Of a stretch of DNA of 64,000 nucleotides, positions 29,717 through 38,585 are shown in pieces. How positions within the stretch are numbered: position 1 is the first letter of the stretch; each line of letters opens with the position of its first letter. The notes under the pieces were generated by a model that saw only the letters and a program-made list of their open reading frames with translations, made no database searches and had not been told where the DNA came from. The translations under genes were made by a program, and so were the position numbers. This stretch comes from a virus: IMG/VR virus record IMGVR_UViG_3300035698_010959; one strand, given 5' to 3'.

Positions 29717-30502
29717 TTAGAACTTATATCCTATCATTACTCCTACTTTTGTTCTACTTTCATCAAGGTTATGTAAACCATATACTCCAACTACCGTACG
29801 TTTATTTTTAGTTACTGCTTTTGTTATTGCTGCTCCAATAGCGGATATATCTTTTTCTTTTATATCTATTTCTGCTGCTGCTGCTAGTGCTATATCCTTT
29901 ATCTTTACTACATCATATGTAACTAAAGGTTTACCTTTCATTGTTAGCCCAAGACCTAATGGCCCTGGGACAGATGCCAATGATTCTGCTGGTTTTTCTA
30001 CTATAGTTGTTGTAGATGTTTCTTCTACTTTTACTGTTGTATCAACTACAGCATCTATATGTGTATCTGTTGTTTCAACTATAGTTTCTTCTATCTTTTC
30101 TGCTACTGTTGTATCTGTCTTTGTAGATACTATATTTGTTTCTGTTTCTACTTCATCTATTTCTGTTTCTGTTATCTTAGTTGACTTACCACTTGCTATA
30201 TCTATTTCAGTAACTTTTACTTTTGTTTTAGAAGTTGTTGCTTTTGCTGCGTTTTCTATTGATTTAGTAGATGTATTTTTATCTATTGAAGTAGCTTCTG
30301 TACTCTCTAATTCTTTTAATATATCAGTCTTTATTTGTGCTAGTGTTTTAGCATCTATAGTTTTAGTTGTTTCAATTACTGTAATTATTTCTTTTGGTGG
30401 AGAGGTTAGTCTCCCAATAAAGAATACAGTTACTAGTGCTATTAAAACTGCTAATACTTTAAGTGCGTTTTTGTTTTTTTGTATCTGTGTTATAAATGAC
30501 AT
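29717..30502 (-). CDS. membrane-anchored protein with C-terminal beta-strands (spanin-like candidate)
   Basis: N-term TM (VLAVLIALVTVFFIG), T/E/K-rich stalk, ends VGVMIGYKF. Confidence 0.55.
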   Translation of the reverse strand: MSFITQIQKNKNALKVLAVLIALVTVFFIGRLTSPPKEIITVIETTKTIDAKTLAQIKTDILKELESTEATSIDKNTSTKSIENAAKATTSKTKVKVTEIDIASGKSTKITETEIDEVETETNIVSTKTDTTVAEKIEETIVETTDTHIDAVVDTTVKVEETSTTTIVEKPAESLASVPGPLGLGLTMKGKPLVTYDVVKIKDIALAAAAEIDIKEKDISAIGAAITKAVTKNKRTVVGVYGLHNLDESRTKVGVMIGYKF

Positions 30503-31496
30503 TTTTCCAGTGCTCCTGCCATGCCTCATCTGCTTCTTCTGCTCTCGATTGAACGGGGTAGTGTTTCATAAATATGATATCGCTAAAGTCTGAAACTTTG
30601 TTTTTTGTAATATCTAACTCTATTACAGGTAGTTTTTCTGTTATGTCTGGTTGATTTGCTTTTGCGATTTCATGAAATATTTCTGCGTTCTCTCTATTTA
30701 TCTTATAATCTGAATAAACTGCTCCTATTATTTTTGCGTCATACCCAAAGTTAGATGAGCCTTTTATTGCGTCTGGAGAGTTACCTCTTCGTCTTGAGCC
30801 TTTTGGAGTATGTGCTGATGCTATTATTGTACACTTAGCTCCATCTGCTATATCTGATATTCGTTTTGATACCCAAGATTCTGTTTGTATTTGATTGTTT
30901 GCGTTACCTGGAAAATCATCTACATATATATCGTGTAGGCCATCAATGATAACTATTAGTTTTTTATTTTTACCTTTTAGGTTGTCTTTAGTATAGTATA
31001 TCATTTTTTCTATTGTTGTTAGTCGAGTTGCTCTATCATTAAAATCTGTTTTATCTAGGATAATAAGCTTGCTTGCTATATCTGTTTCCCATGTTTTTGC
31101 TGCTGCTTCTCGTATTCGTTTTTCAGGGTCTGATAGTGTATCTGGATATTTCATTGAGTTGATTGATAGCTTGGATATCCGTGCTAGTGAGTTTCTATAT
31201 CGTATATCAAATGTGTCATCTAGTGTAAAGTCTAATACGAATGCTTCTGGATTGTTTAGTATTAGTTGGTGATATATGTTTATAAGTAGTGTAGACTTAC
31301 CTAAGTTAGCTGGGGCTGGTATTATAAATGTACTATATTCTATTCCTTCTGTTGCCTTGTCTAAGTATTTAGATCCAAACTTTAAATATCTGCCTGTTCT
31401 TACATTATCATGTTGAAAAATATCTTCTGCTCTTTTTTTTATGTTAGGTATTGTGGTACGATCTACTACTACTGCTGTATTAGATTTATATTGCAC
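30459..31496 (-). CDS. dnaB: DnaB-like replicative helicase (ATPase domain only)
   Basis: Walker A APANLGKST, VIIDGLH, IKGSSNFGYDA, ITKNK. Confidence 0.85.
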   Translation of the reverse strand: MQYKSNTAVVVDRTTIPNIKKRAEDIFQHDNVRTGRYLKFGSKYLDKATEGIEYSTFIIPAPANLGKSTLLINIYHQLILNNPEAFVLDFTLDDTFDIRYRNSLARISKLSINSMKYPDTLSDPEKRIREAAAKTWETDIASKLIILDKTDFNDRATRLTTIEKMIYYTKDNLKGKNKKLIVIIDGLHDIYVDDFPGNANNQIQTESWVSKRISDIADGAKCTIIASAHTPKGSRRRGNSPDAIKGSSNFGYDAKIIGAVYSDYKINRENAEIFHEIAKANQPDITEKLPVIELDITKNKVSDFSDIIFMKHYPVQSRAEEADEAWQEHWKNVIYNTDTKKQKRT

Positions 31497-31505
31497 TACT
31501 AATAA

Positions 31506-32171
31506 CTACCTAGCCTTTCGTTTAGATACTTCATCTTCAGCTTCTTGTATAAAGCGTTCTAGCCCTAGTGGATTAGATATTCTTGTTTCATATTCGTTAA
31601 ATGCTATATCTATAGCAAATAGCAGAGTGTTTAGATCATACTTACTTAACATAAAATTAAATGCTCCAGAGGATCCTTTAGCATACTTTTGTGTATATGG
31701 TATCTTTGATGCCTTACAAAACCAAGCTATAAGATTCTCTAAAGTAAATGAAGTTTTTTCTGATATTGTTGGTGTTTTTAAATCTCCTATTGGTGTTTCA
31801 CTACCATCCTCATTTTGTAGCATTATAGGTAGTTGTGTGTGCTTTAGTGCTCTATGTATCTTAGGAGTGTATTTAGATAGTAACTCTCTGGTTAGACTTT
31901 TTGTATTAGCGGTATCTAATAAGTCTGGTGCTACATTGTAGATGTTTGAATGTTTTACTTTATTGTTTAAGCATTCTCTACATCTACTTTCTAGTTTAGT
32001 GGTATCTATTCCTTTAGCCATTAGCGTTCTTAAGGATTTTAGATTTACTTCAAACAGAGCGTGTGTCTTATTTATTTCTTTTGTTCCTCTGTTGTAAAGC
32101 CCTAAGTGAACTCCAGCTGTACTAAAAAATACCTTTAATATTTTGGTTTCTATATCGTTTGGTCTTAGCAT
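31506..32171 (-). CDS. hypothetical protein (replication-associated by position)
   Basis: 221 aa ORF directly upstream of helicase. Confidence 0.6.
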   Translation of the reverse strand: MLRPNDIETKILKVFFSTAGVHLGLYNRGTKEINKTHALFEVNLKSLRTLMAKGIDTTKLESRCRECLNNKVKHSNIYNVAPDLLDTANTKSLTRELLSKYTPKIHRALKHTQLPIMLQNEDGSETPIGDLKTPTISEKTSFTLENLIAWFCKASKIPYTQKYAKGSSGAFNFMLSKYDLNTLLFAIDIAFNEYETRISNPLGLERFIQEAEDEVSKRKAR

Positions 32172-32203
32172 ATAGTAATATGTATATCCTCCATTACATA
32201 TAC

Positions 32204-32212
32204 ATTATAGCA
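32204..32212 (-). promoter_or_regulatory. extended -10 promoter element
   Basis: TGcTATAAT in the intergenic gap before 32171. Confidence 0.4.
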
Positions 32213-32238
32213 CATTTGTGTAAATATTTATAGTATAT

Positions 32239-32988
32239 TTAGGTAATTTCTTTGATTTTTGCTAATGTTACTTTTGTAAGAGCTATATCTGAATTTTCTA
32301 ATAGATATTCACCAAGGGAATCATATCTTGTTCCTTCTAAACAAACTATTCTTTTAATTCCTGCGTTGATTAGTGTTCCTATACAGTTTTTACATGGTGT
32401 AGTACAGTAACAATATAGTGTAGAATTATTTGTAGATATCCCATTCTTTGCTGCGTTTATTATTGTATTTGCTTCTGCATGGACTGCTGGACATAGTTCT
32501 AGGTTTTTTCCACTTTGTAATCCTAGTGTCTTTCTTGGACAATATTTATTTGTTTGACATAGCTTGCTACCAGCTGGTGCTCCATTGTATCCAATAGATA
32601 ATACTTGTTTATCTCTTGTTAGTACTGCTCCTATTTGTCTAGAAGCACATTTACTTCTTTTACTTATTTGCCATGCCATATCCATGAAGAAAGCATCCCA
32701 AGTTTGCTTATCTGTAGGTTTTGCTATACATACATCACTAAAGTTACTATCTTCCCACCAGTCTGTAGTGCTTGTTTGTTCTGAATCAGGAAGTAGTTCA
32801 TTTAGATTGTCATCTGTTAGTACTGTCATTTTCTTGTGTGTTGTCCTCTCTTTAATTAAAGAATCTGCCCAGTGCTCAAATGCTGAAGAATCTTCTACTT
32901 GTTTTTTACATAGAGCATGTAGCTCATTGTCACTTAGTTTGTTTAAATATGGATTTGTATTTCTTAGTGAGTTGTTTCTTCTTTTCAT
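32239..32988 (-). CDS. dCMP deaminase with N-terminal extension
   Basis: WDAFFM..A...RSKC..RQIGAV, IGYNG, VHAEANTI, PCKNC; start moved to 32988 because the track start lies inside tRNA-Gly. Confidence 0.9.
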   Translation of the reverse strand: MKRRNNSLRNTNPYLNKLSDNELHALCKKQVEDSSAFEHWADSLIKERTTHKKMTVLTDDNLNELLPDSEQTSTTDWWEDSNFSDVCIAKPTDKQTWDAFFMDMAWQISKRSKCASRQIGAVLTRDKQVLSIGYNGAPAGSKLCQTNKYCPRKTLGLQSGKNLELCPAVHAEANTIINAAKNGISTNNSTLYCYCTTPCKNCIGTLINAGIKRIVCLEGTRYDSLGEYLLENSDIALTKVTLAKIKEIT

Positions 32989-32997
32989 TATAAGTTT

Positions 32998-33073
32998 TGG
33001 AGCAGGCAGCGAGGTTCGAACTCGCAACTTCTTGCTTGGAAGGCAAGTATTCTTCCAATTGAATTATGCCTGC
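32998..33073 (-). tRNA. tRNA-Gly(TCC)
   Basis: Full cloverleaf; anticodon arm CTTGC-CTTCCAA-GCAAG; TTCGAAC; encoded CCA. Confidence 0.93.
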
Positions 33074-33081
33074 TTTGTTAT

Positions 33082-33156
33082 TGGTCCCTCCAAAGAGAAT
33101 TGAACTCTTCTCTCTTAATTGACAGTCCGATGTTTTAGCCAATGAACTATGAAGGG
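33082..33156 (-). tRNA. tRNA-Asp(GTC)-like, degenerate anticodon stem (possible pseudo-tRNA)
   Basis: Acceptor CCCTTCA/TGGAGGG, T arm AAGAG-TTCAATT-CTCTT, CCA; anticodon stem TCGGA/TTAAG mismatched. Confidence 0.65.
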
Positions 33157-33168
33157 ATTAGTGTTAAT

Positions 33169-33984
33169 CTATTCAAGTTTTATTGAAGGTGAAGGACTAT
33201 CTGTGTCAATATTGTGAGTTACTTTTCTAGGTTTGACCCGCTTTCTGGTACCACGACGATATGCATCTTGAAGGTTGCCACTAGGTGTTACCCACTCAAG
33301 ATTACATGCATTGTTGTTCTCTGGGTTTCCATCTCGATGATTAACCCATTCTTTGTAATCATCATCAGGTGGACGTATAAATAGGGTTGCTACTGCTATG
33401 TGAACATACAAAGTCTTTTGTCTAACACCATTTTTCCAAAGAGCTACAAACTTGTATTTTCGTCCATTGTCACTGAGGGCAATAGGCTTGTATTGCTTTC
33501 CATGTCGTTTTTTAGTAGCTTCGGTGTATTCTTTGCGAATATTTCCATAATTGGAGAATTCATATGCCGGAAAGTCAGGCCATTTACGATATTCTTCACC
33601 CCAAGTATAAGGTCTATCATCTAAGTAGCTTGCAATGTTGTTATATTCCATAAGGGTAAATAATCCCCATGTGGCATGGGCTAGATGTTGAAGTCCACTT
33701 TCGGAGTCTATGTCTTCACCACGCCGCCATGCTTCTAGGTGACGCATAACTGCAGCATAAACGCGGGACCAGTTAATGCCCAATCTATAATTATTAGATT
33801 CATATTTTTGTGCTCCGAATGTATATACAGATACTAGAGCTTCTAAGGCATGTGGTGGTAGTAAATCGTATCGCAATTTTTGATTATCATACTTCAACCC
33901 TACTCCGGTTTCTGTTTCTGTTTCATCTTGTGCTAGATGTTCATCTTTGATGCATTTACTCATGTTAATATAGTGTCCTCCCAT
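33169..33984 (-). CDS. DUF5664 dATP/dGTP diphosphohydrolase fused to NUMOD4-HNH endonuclease
   Basis: KYDNQKLRYDLLP, FGAQKY..NNY..G, RHL..W..GED.D.ESGL.HLAHA; then YEFSNYGNIR, VNHRDGNPENNNACNLEWVT. Confidence 0.88.
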   Translation of the reverse strand: MGGHYINMSKCIKDEHLAQDETETETGVGLKYDNQKLRYDLLPPHALEALVSVYTFGAQKYESNNYRLGINWSRVYAAVMRHLEAWRRGEDIDSESGLQHLAHATWGLFTLMEYNNIASYLDDRPYTWGEEYRKWPDFPAYEFSNYGNIRKEYTEATKKRHGKQYKPIALSDNGRKYKFVALWKNGVRQKTLYVHIAVATLFIRPPDDDYKEWVNHRDGNPENNNACNLEWVTPSGNLQDAYRRGTRKRVKPRKVTHNIDTDSPSPSIKLE

Positions 33985-33998
33985 AGAAACATTATAGT

Positions 33999-34184
33999 TT
34001 ATCTATTTTGTCCTAAGCCTCTTCCGTTTCCTCTTCCATATCCTGGTCCTCCAACTGGACATGCTTTGGTATTTCTACCTAGTCGTCTTCCTCCTGGTCT
34101 TCCAATTCCACGTCCTCTTCCATCTCGTGGTCTAGATAGTCCTCTTGGGTTTGTTTCTGATTGTTGTTGATTTTGTTCTTGCAT
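33999..34184 (-). CDS. small Gly/Arg-rich protein
   Basis: RDGRGRGIGRPGGRR...GGPGYGRGNGRG. Confidence 0.55.
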   Translation of the reverse strand: MQEQNQQQSETNPRGLSRPRDGRGRGIGRPGGRRLGRNTKACPVGGPGYGRGNGRGLGQNR

Positions 34185-34569
34185 TTGGTGTTGTTTTCTT
34201 TCCTTTATCCTTTTGCTTAGAAGACCTTTTTTGGTCTTCTTGTTTGGTAGTGTTGTCTTGTATGTTTTTAGTTATAGCAAGTTTTAGTAATACTATTTTT
34301 GCTGCTATACTTGTTGCTACTTTTTCATAAACACAATTTGTGTGTGGTTCTATTGTATCTGGATTATTTAATAATGGAATTAGCCTATCATATTGTTCTC
34401 TTATTTGTTCTGATACATAAACTATAATCTTTTCCATAGGTAGTAGTGTTTTTTTAATTTTATTGATTGTTTCTAGTTTTGAGTTTACTACTATACTATC
34501 TAGTTGTGATAGTGTTTCTTTTATTCTTTTTGTTACTTCTGTATTAGAAGGAATGGTTTCTTTTTTCAT
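34132..34569 (-). CDS. hypothetical protein
   Basis: 145 aa ORF with genome-typical codon use. Confidence 0.6.
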   Translation of the reverse strand: MKKETIPSNTEVTKRIKETLSQLDSIVVNSKLETINKIKKTLLPMEKIIVYVSEQIREQYDRLIPLLNNPDTIEPHTNCVYEKVATSIAAKIVLLKLAITKNIQDNTTKQEDQKRSSKQKDKGKKTTPNARTKSTTIRNKPKRTI

Positions 34570-34599
34570 AGACTTAGTTTATATCCTTATTTTGTTTGT

Positions 34600-34675
34600 T
34601 GGTACTCCCTGCCTGATTCGAACAGGCGATCTACTGTTTAGAAAACAGTGGCTTTTTCCGCTAAGCTAAGGGAGT
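34600..34675 (-). tRNA. tRNA-Arg(TCT)
   Basis: Anticodon arm ACTGT-TTTCTAA-ACAGT; TTCGAAT; CCA. Confidence 0.92.
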
Positions 34676-34676
34676 A

Positions 34677-35315
34677 TTATACCTTATCTAGACAGCAATT
34701 TTTATATTTTTTTCCAGAGCCACAAGTACATAGCTCATTTCTACCAGGTTTAGGAGGTGTTGCTTTATTACCTTTATCATTTGTGTATAGAGTTTCTATA
34801 TCAAATGGTGGAGCACAAAAAGCATCACTATATGCTGCTGCTTCTAAAGCTAAAGTTATTCTAGCTTTTGGTTCCATTCCTTCTGTAGAAAACATACTTC
34901 CTAAAGCGTAAGATTCTCCACTACCTAATGCAACATAAGGTATGAGGCTTTCTGTAACTTGATAATCACTATAGACTGTATATAGTTTATTTTTGTAACC
35001 AATTACAAATGCATGTCCTGTTTCTTTAGTATTGTCTATAACTACACAACCAGCTTCTTTGAAGCACTTTCTTATAGCATCTATAAAAGTTGTTGTCATA
35101 TAAGCAATATCAGATTCTTCTTCTTTTTGTTTTGGCGGCTTAAATCTGTATTTTAATACTTGTGCTGCTCTACAAGAACCTACAGGACCAAATAGAAAAA
35201 GCCCATTAGCAAATACTTTTGGATTTGCTTTTATCATTTGTTTGCTTCCTGTTGATGCTCTATCTCCTCCTACGTATATTATATTATTTTCTACTAATCC
35301 TACAATTACAGTCAT
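34677..35315 (-). CDS. HslV/proteasome-like Ntn protease with C-terminal SEC-C motif
   Basis: MTVIVG (Thr nucleophile), GGD, ALGSG; PGRNELCTCGSGKKYKNCC. Confidence 0.85.
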   Translation of the reverse strand: MTVIVGLVENNIIYVGGDRASTGSKQMIKANPKVFANGLFLFGPVGSCRAAQVLKYRFKPPKQKEEESDIAYMTTTFIDAIRKCFKEAGCVVIDNTKETGHAFVIGYKNKLYTVYSDYQVTESLIPYVALGSGESYALGSMFSTEGMEPKARITLALEAAAYSDAFCAPPFDIETLYTNDKGNKATPPKPGRNELCTCGSGKKYKNCCLDKV

Positions 35316-35348
35316 TTAAACAATCTATCCTTTTCTTTCTATAATGTT

Positions 35349-35423
35349 TGGTGGAAGCGAAGAGACTCGAACTCTTTTTTCATGCGTGCAAAGCAAACGT
35401 TCTCCCAATTGAACTACGCCCCC
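35349..35423 (-). tRNA. tRNA-Ala(TGC)
   Basis: GGGGGCG/CGCTTCC acceptor with G3:U70; loop TTTGCAC; CCA. Confidence 0.88.
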
Positions 35424-35435
35424 ATTTCTATTATC

Positions 35436-35464
35436 AATATACCATTGTATTATAGAGATGTCAA
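35436..35464 (-). promoter_or_regulatory. sigma70/sigmaA promoter for tRNA-Ala and downstream genes
   Basis: TTGACA-17 bp-TATATT. Confidence 0.7.
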
Positions 35465-35466
35465 GT

Positions 35467-35718
35467 CTATTTCCTCATGATGTCAGGAAAGCGTTTAATG
35501 TCTTCTGGTTTAACATAGTGTTTTCCATCTTTAGCAAATACCCAGATTTCACTAACATCTCTTTTTTTAAGTGGAAGAATATCATCTGGATCGACTGCTT
35601 TGCGTATACGCTCTTTGTTTATTCTTCTAAGTTTTCTATTTGCTATTCGTTTATCCCACTTTTCACTGTCACTGCATGTTATTCCGCAAAATGGCCGTTT
35701 CTTTCTTGATCTACTCAT
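35467..35718 (-). CDS. small basic phage protein
   Basis: MSRSRKK...DKRIANRKLRR...DGKHY. Confidence 0.7.
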   Translation of the reverse strand: MSRSRKKRPFCGITCSDSEKWDKRIANRKLRRINKERIRKAVDPDDILPLKKRDVSEIWVFAKDGKHYVKPEDIKRFPDIMRK

Positions 35719-35732
35719 TATATATTATCTAC

Positions 35733-35981
35733 CTATATTGTAAAATGTATATGCATTTCTGCTGGATTTATTTGTTGAGCTTTTTTTAGTTCAGCTATGT
35801 GTTCTTTTGCTTGCGCAACTGCGCGTAGCATTGCTTCTTGTCCTTCTTTACTTTCTGTCCAAGCTGCTACTTTCTTTGCTAATATAGTCCATTTTTTAGT
35901 AGGCTTTAGTGTTGAGTTGCTCATTTTATTTGTATATTTCTTGCTCATCAAGTAGTGTATATAATGGAAGTAATTCTGCAT
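35733..35981 (-). CDS. hypothetical protein (start uncertain)
   Basis: ORF in operon; internal MSNSTL start likely. Confidence 0.5.
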   Translation of the reverse strand: MQNYFHYIHYLMSKKYTNKMSNSTLKPTKKWTILAKKVAAWTESKEGQEAMLRAVAQAKEHIAELKKAQQINPAEMHIHFTI

Positions 35982-36147
35982 ATTGCTTATCTGCGATAGT
36001 GGCTGTAGTTAGTTTTTTATCTCTTGTGCTTTGAGCGTGTCCTCTTACGTGTTTTCCTTGTAAGAATTCACGATTACAATACCAACACCATAACCCACAT
36101 CCTTTATTTCTTACTTTTGTTGGAGGTTTTCTGTATGTTCTACTCAC
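35926..36147 (-). CDS. small basic protein with CxxxCxxC
   Basis: GTG start with GAGG RBS; MSRTYRK...CGLWCWYC. Confidence 0.55.
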   Translation of the reverse strand: MSRTYRKPPTKVRNKGCGLWCWYCNREFLQGKHVRGHAQSTRDKKLTTATIADKQYAELLPLYTLLDEQEIYK

Positions 36148-36165
36148 AATCTTTCCTCATTCTGC

Positions 36166-37167
36166 TTATATTATACTATATATCTTCTTATTTGTAAAGT
36201 ATTGTATTGTATTAAAGAGCCCTTCTGCCATAGTTATTTCTGGTTTCCAATCTAATAGTTTAATTGCTCGTGCTATTTTTGGGCATCTTCTTGTTGGATC
36301 TTCTGGTTTTTCTTTTATATGGTTTATCTCTCCTTTACCCATTAGGCTTATTATTCTAGTGGCAATTTCTCTTATTGATAATACTTCGTTTGGATTTCCT
36401 ATGTTTATTGGCTCATGTATATTAGAAAAGAATAGTTTATATATTCCTTTTACTGTGTCATCTACATAACAAAAGCTTCTGGTTTGTAGCCCATCTCCAT
36501 GTATTGTTAGAGGCTTGTCTTCTAATATTTGATTTATAAAGTTTGGCAGTACTCTACCATCGTTTGCTTTCATCCTTGGGCCATAGGTGTTAAACAGCCT
36601 TGCTATTGCTGTATTAAGTCCTACTGTTCTTAAGAATGTTACTGTTGCTGCTTCTGCAAATCGTTTGGCTTCTGAGTATTGGCTTCGTGGCCCAATTGGA
36701 TTTATGTTACCAAAGTATGTTTCATCTTGTGGATGTTGTAATGGATTTCCATATATTTCAGATGTGGATGTTAATAAAAACCTTGAATTGTCCTTATCAT
36801 TTTTTAGTTTTCTATCTAATAAATAATGTAATATTTCTAACGTACATATAGAATTTGCGTGAAGAGTTTGTATTGGATAGGTTTCATATCCAACTGGGCT
36901 TGCTGGTGAAGCCAAGTGAAGCACTCCAATAAGAGTTTTTATATTTAAACCAGTAAGTAGTTTTTTTGTTATTTGGTCATTTATAAATGTATAATTTTTG
37001 TTTGACTCTAAGTGTTTTGTATTCTCTTTGCTTCCTGTTATAAGTGTATCTATGTTTGTAACTTTATATCCATCATCTAATAATTTTTCACATAGATGAG
37101 ATCCTATAAATCCAGATCCTCCTGTTACAATTATATCACCTTTGTGTGACATTTGTATATCCTCCAT
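36166..37167 (-). CDS. UDP-glucuronate decarboxylase (UDP-xylose synthase) family
   Basis: VTGGSGFIGSHL, HLASPASP, TSTSEIYG.P..HPQ.E.YFGN.NPIGPRS.Y.EAKR, DDTV.G. Confidence 0.92.
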   Translation of the reverse strand: MEDIQMSHKGDIIVTGGSGFIGSHLCEKLLDDGYKVTNIDTLITGSKENTKHLESNKNYTFINDQITKKLLTGLNIKTLIGVLHLASPASPVGYETYPIQTLHANSICTLEILHYLLDRKLKNDKDNSRFLLTSTSEIYGNPLQHPQDETYFGNINPIGPRSQYSEAKRFAEAATVTFLRTVGLNTAIARLFNTYGPRMKANDGRVLPNFINQILEDKPLTIHGDGLQTRSFCYVDDTVKGIYKLFFSNIHEPINIGNPNEVLSIREIATRIISLMGKGEINHIKEKPEDPTRRCPKIARAIKLLDWKPEITMAEGLFNTIQYFTNKKIYSII

Positions 37168-37169
37168 GT

Positions 37170-37808
37170 TTAATTTGTGTAAAGCTTTTGAGCTTCAGCA
37201 AATATATTTAGTCCAGTATCGGTTAGTGGATGCTTAGGCATTAATTCAAGCATTTTATATGGCATTGTTACAATATCACAACCACATGCAAATAAATCTG
37301 CTATGGGTTGGGGTGTTCTAATTGATGCTGCAATAATTTTTGTATCTACGTTTTGAGTAGTGAATGTATTTTTTATTGATTTTACGAGCTCTAGACCGTT
37401 TGAATTAATATCATCTAGTCTACCGACAAAAGGAGCTACAAATTCTGCACCTACAATACTTGCTAGTATTGCTTGGTTTAGACTAAATACTAGCGTTAGA
37501 GTAACACGTATTCCTTCAGAAGATAGTATCTTACATGCGGCAAGTCCGTTTGATGTCATAGGAAGTTTTACTACTATGTTTTGTGCAAGGCTAGTAAGAT
37601 CTTTAGCTTCTTGTATAAGATCTTCAGAAACAGCCTCAACTAGTATAGTTAGATTTGGATCTATAGCAACTATGTCATAGATACACTGAGTAAGACTTTT
37701 GTTCTCGTGAGATATTATTGAAGGGTTTGTAGTAATACCACTTATACATCCAAACGCCATACCTTTTTTTATTTCTTCTGTATTTGCTGTATCAAGATAT
37801 ATTTTCAT
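37170..37808 (-). CDS. talC: transaldolase / fructose-6-phosphate aldolase (TalC type)
   Basis: IYLDTAN, GITTNPS, VVKLP, TLVFS..QA, APFVGRLDD, AASIR, HPLTD.G. Confidence 0.92.
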   Translation of the reverse strand: MKIYLDTANTEEIKKGMAFGCISGITTNPSIISHENKSLTQCIYDIVAIDPNLTILVEAVSEDLIQEAKDLTSLAQNIVVKLPMTSNGLAACKILSSEGIRVTLTLVFSLNQAILASIVGAEFVAPFVGRLDDINSNGLELVKSIKNTFTTQNVDTKIIAASIRTPQPIADLFACGCDIVTMPYKMLELMPKHPLTDTGLNIFAEAQKLYTN

Positions 37809-37996
37809 TAATAATGTCCTTTGATTGTTATTGTAGTTGGTATGTCTATTTTTCGTTCAACTAATATTTTATTACAATGTGGACATCTTTCTTCTGGAGT
37901 TACATGTAGAGTAACTTTCTTATAAGCAAATGGACTATAGATAGTTTCTTCTATTGTTGTAGAGTTAGAGTTATTGTTTGCTGTAGTGGTTAGCAT
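37808..37996 (-). CDS. small hypothetical protein (CPHC)
   Basis: Translationally coupled 62 aa ORF. Confidence 0.5.
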   Translation of the reverse strand: MLTTTANNNSNSTTIEETIYSPFAYKKVTLHVTPEERCPHCNKILVERKIDIPTTITIKGHY

Positions 37997-38457
37997 TAGT
38001 GTATTATCTTTGCTATTTCTTCAATGTCTTGGCGCATTACTGGCTCTATTTCTATTACTAGTTTTGTTGAGGCTCTTTCTGCTACTGTCAATTCTCGTGT
38101 ACTATCGTGCTCTGTTGTTACATTAGTTATTGATTCTCCAAGAGTCATAACAAGTTCTACAATTAATTTTATGGTATTTTCTGGTATGGTTAGGTTTAAC
38201 CATCTAGAAGCCATAATTACAATGTAGCATGATATCTTATCTCTTACTGCGTCATACTCTGTTACCTCTTTTTGTGCTTGGATATATGCTGCTAATAAAC
38301 TATCCCATCCAAGTATATCTATCCATAGTTCTACTGATTTTGATAGGTTTTCTATTCTGCTTAATATATATTTTTTTACTATCCAGGTTAGCCCACCAAT
38401 ACTTCCTAATATTCCAAGTAACCATAAGCTTCCTTCTAATGAAAATGCGAGTTCCAT
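37996..38457 (-). CDS. single-TM membrane protein (holin-like candidate)
   Basis: N-term TM LWLLGILGSIGGLTWIV followed by KK; AGGAG RBS. Confidence 0.55.
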   Translation of the reverse strand: MELAFSLEGSLWLLGILGSIGGLTWIVKKYILSRIENLSKSVELWIDILGWDSLLAAYIQAQKEVTEYDAVRDKISCYIVIMASRWLNLTIPENTIKLIVELVMTLGESITNVTTEHDSTRELTVAERASTKLVIEIEPVMRQDIEEIAKIIH

Positions 38458-38510
38458 ATTGGTTTATCTCCTTTGTTTTACAACTGTATTATAACTATAC
38501 TATAAAAAAG

Positions 38511-38585
38511 TGGTGGTCAAAGAGAGAATCGAACTCTCAATTTCTTCCATGTAAAAGAAGCGCCCTACCATTGAGCTATTTGACC
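38511..38585 (-). tRNA. tRNA-Val(TAC)
   Basis: Anticodon arm CTTCT-TTTACAT-GGAAG; TTCGATT; CCA. Confidence 0.92.

Noticed and set aside
32930-33142. 70 aa ORF (and the similar 42963..43289 ORF)
   Set aside because: They overlap tRNA genes
34600-34675. Amber suppressor tRNA (loop contains CTA)
   Set aside because: The 5-bp stem register gives loop TTTCTAA with anticodon TCT (Arg)
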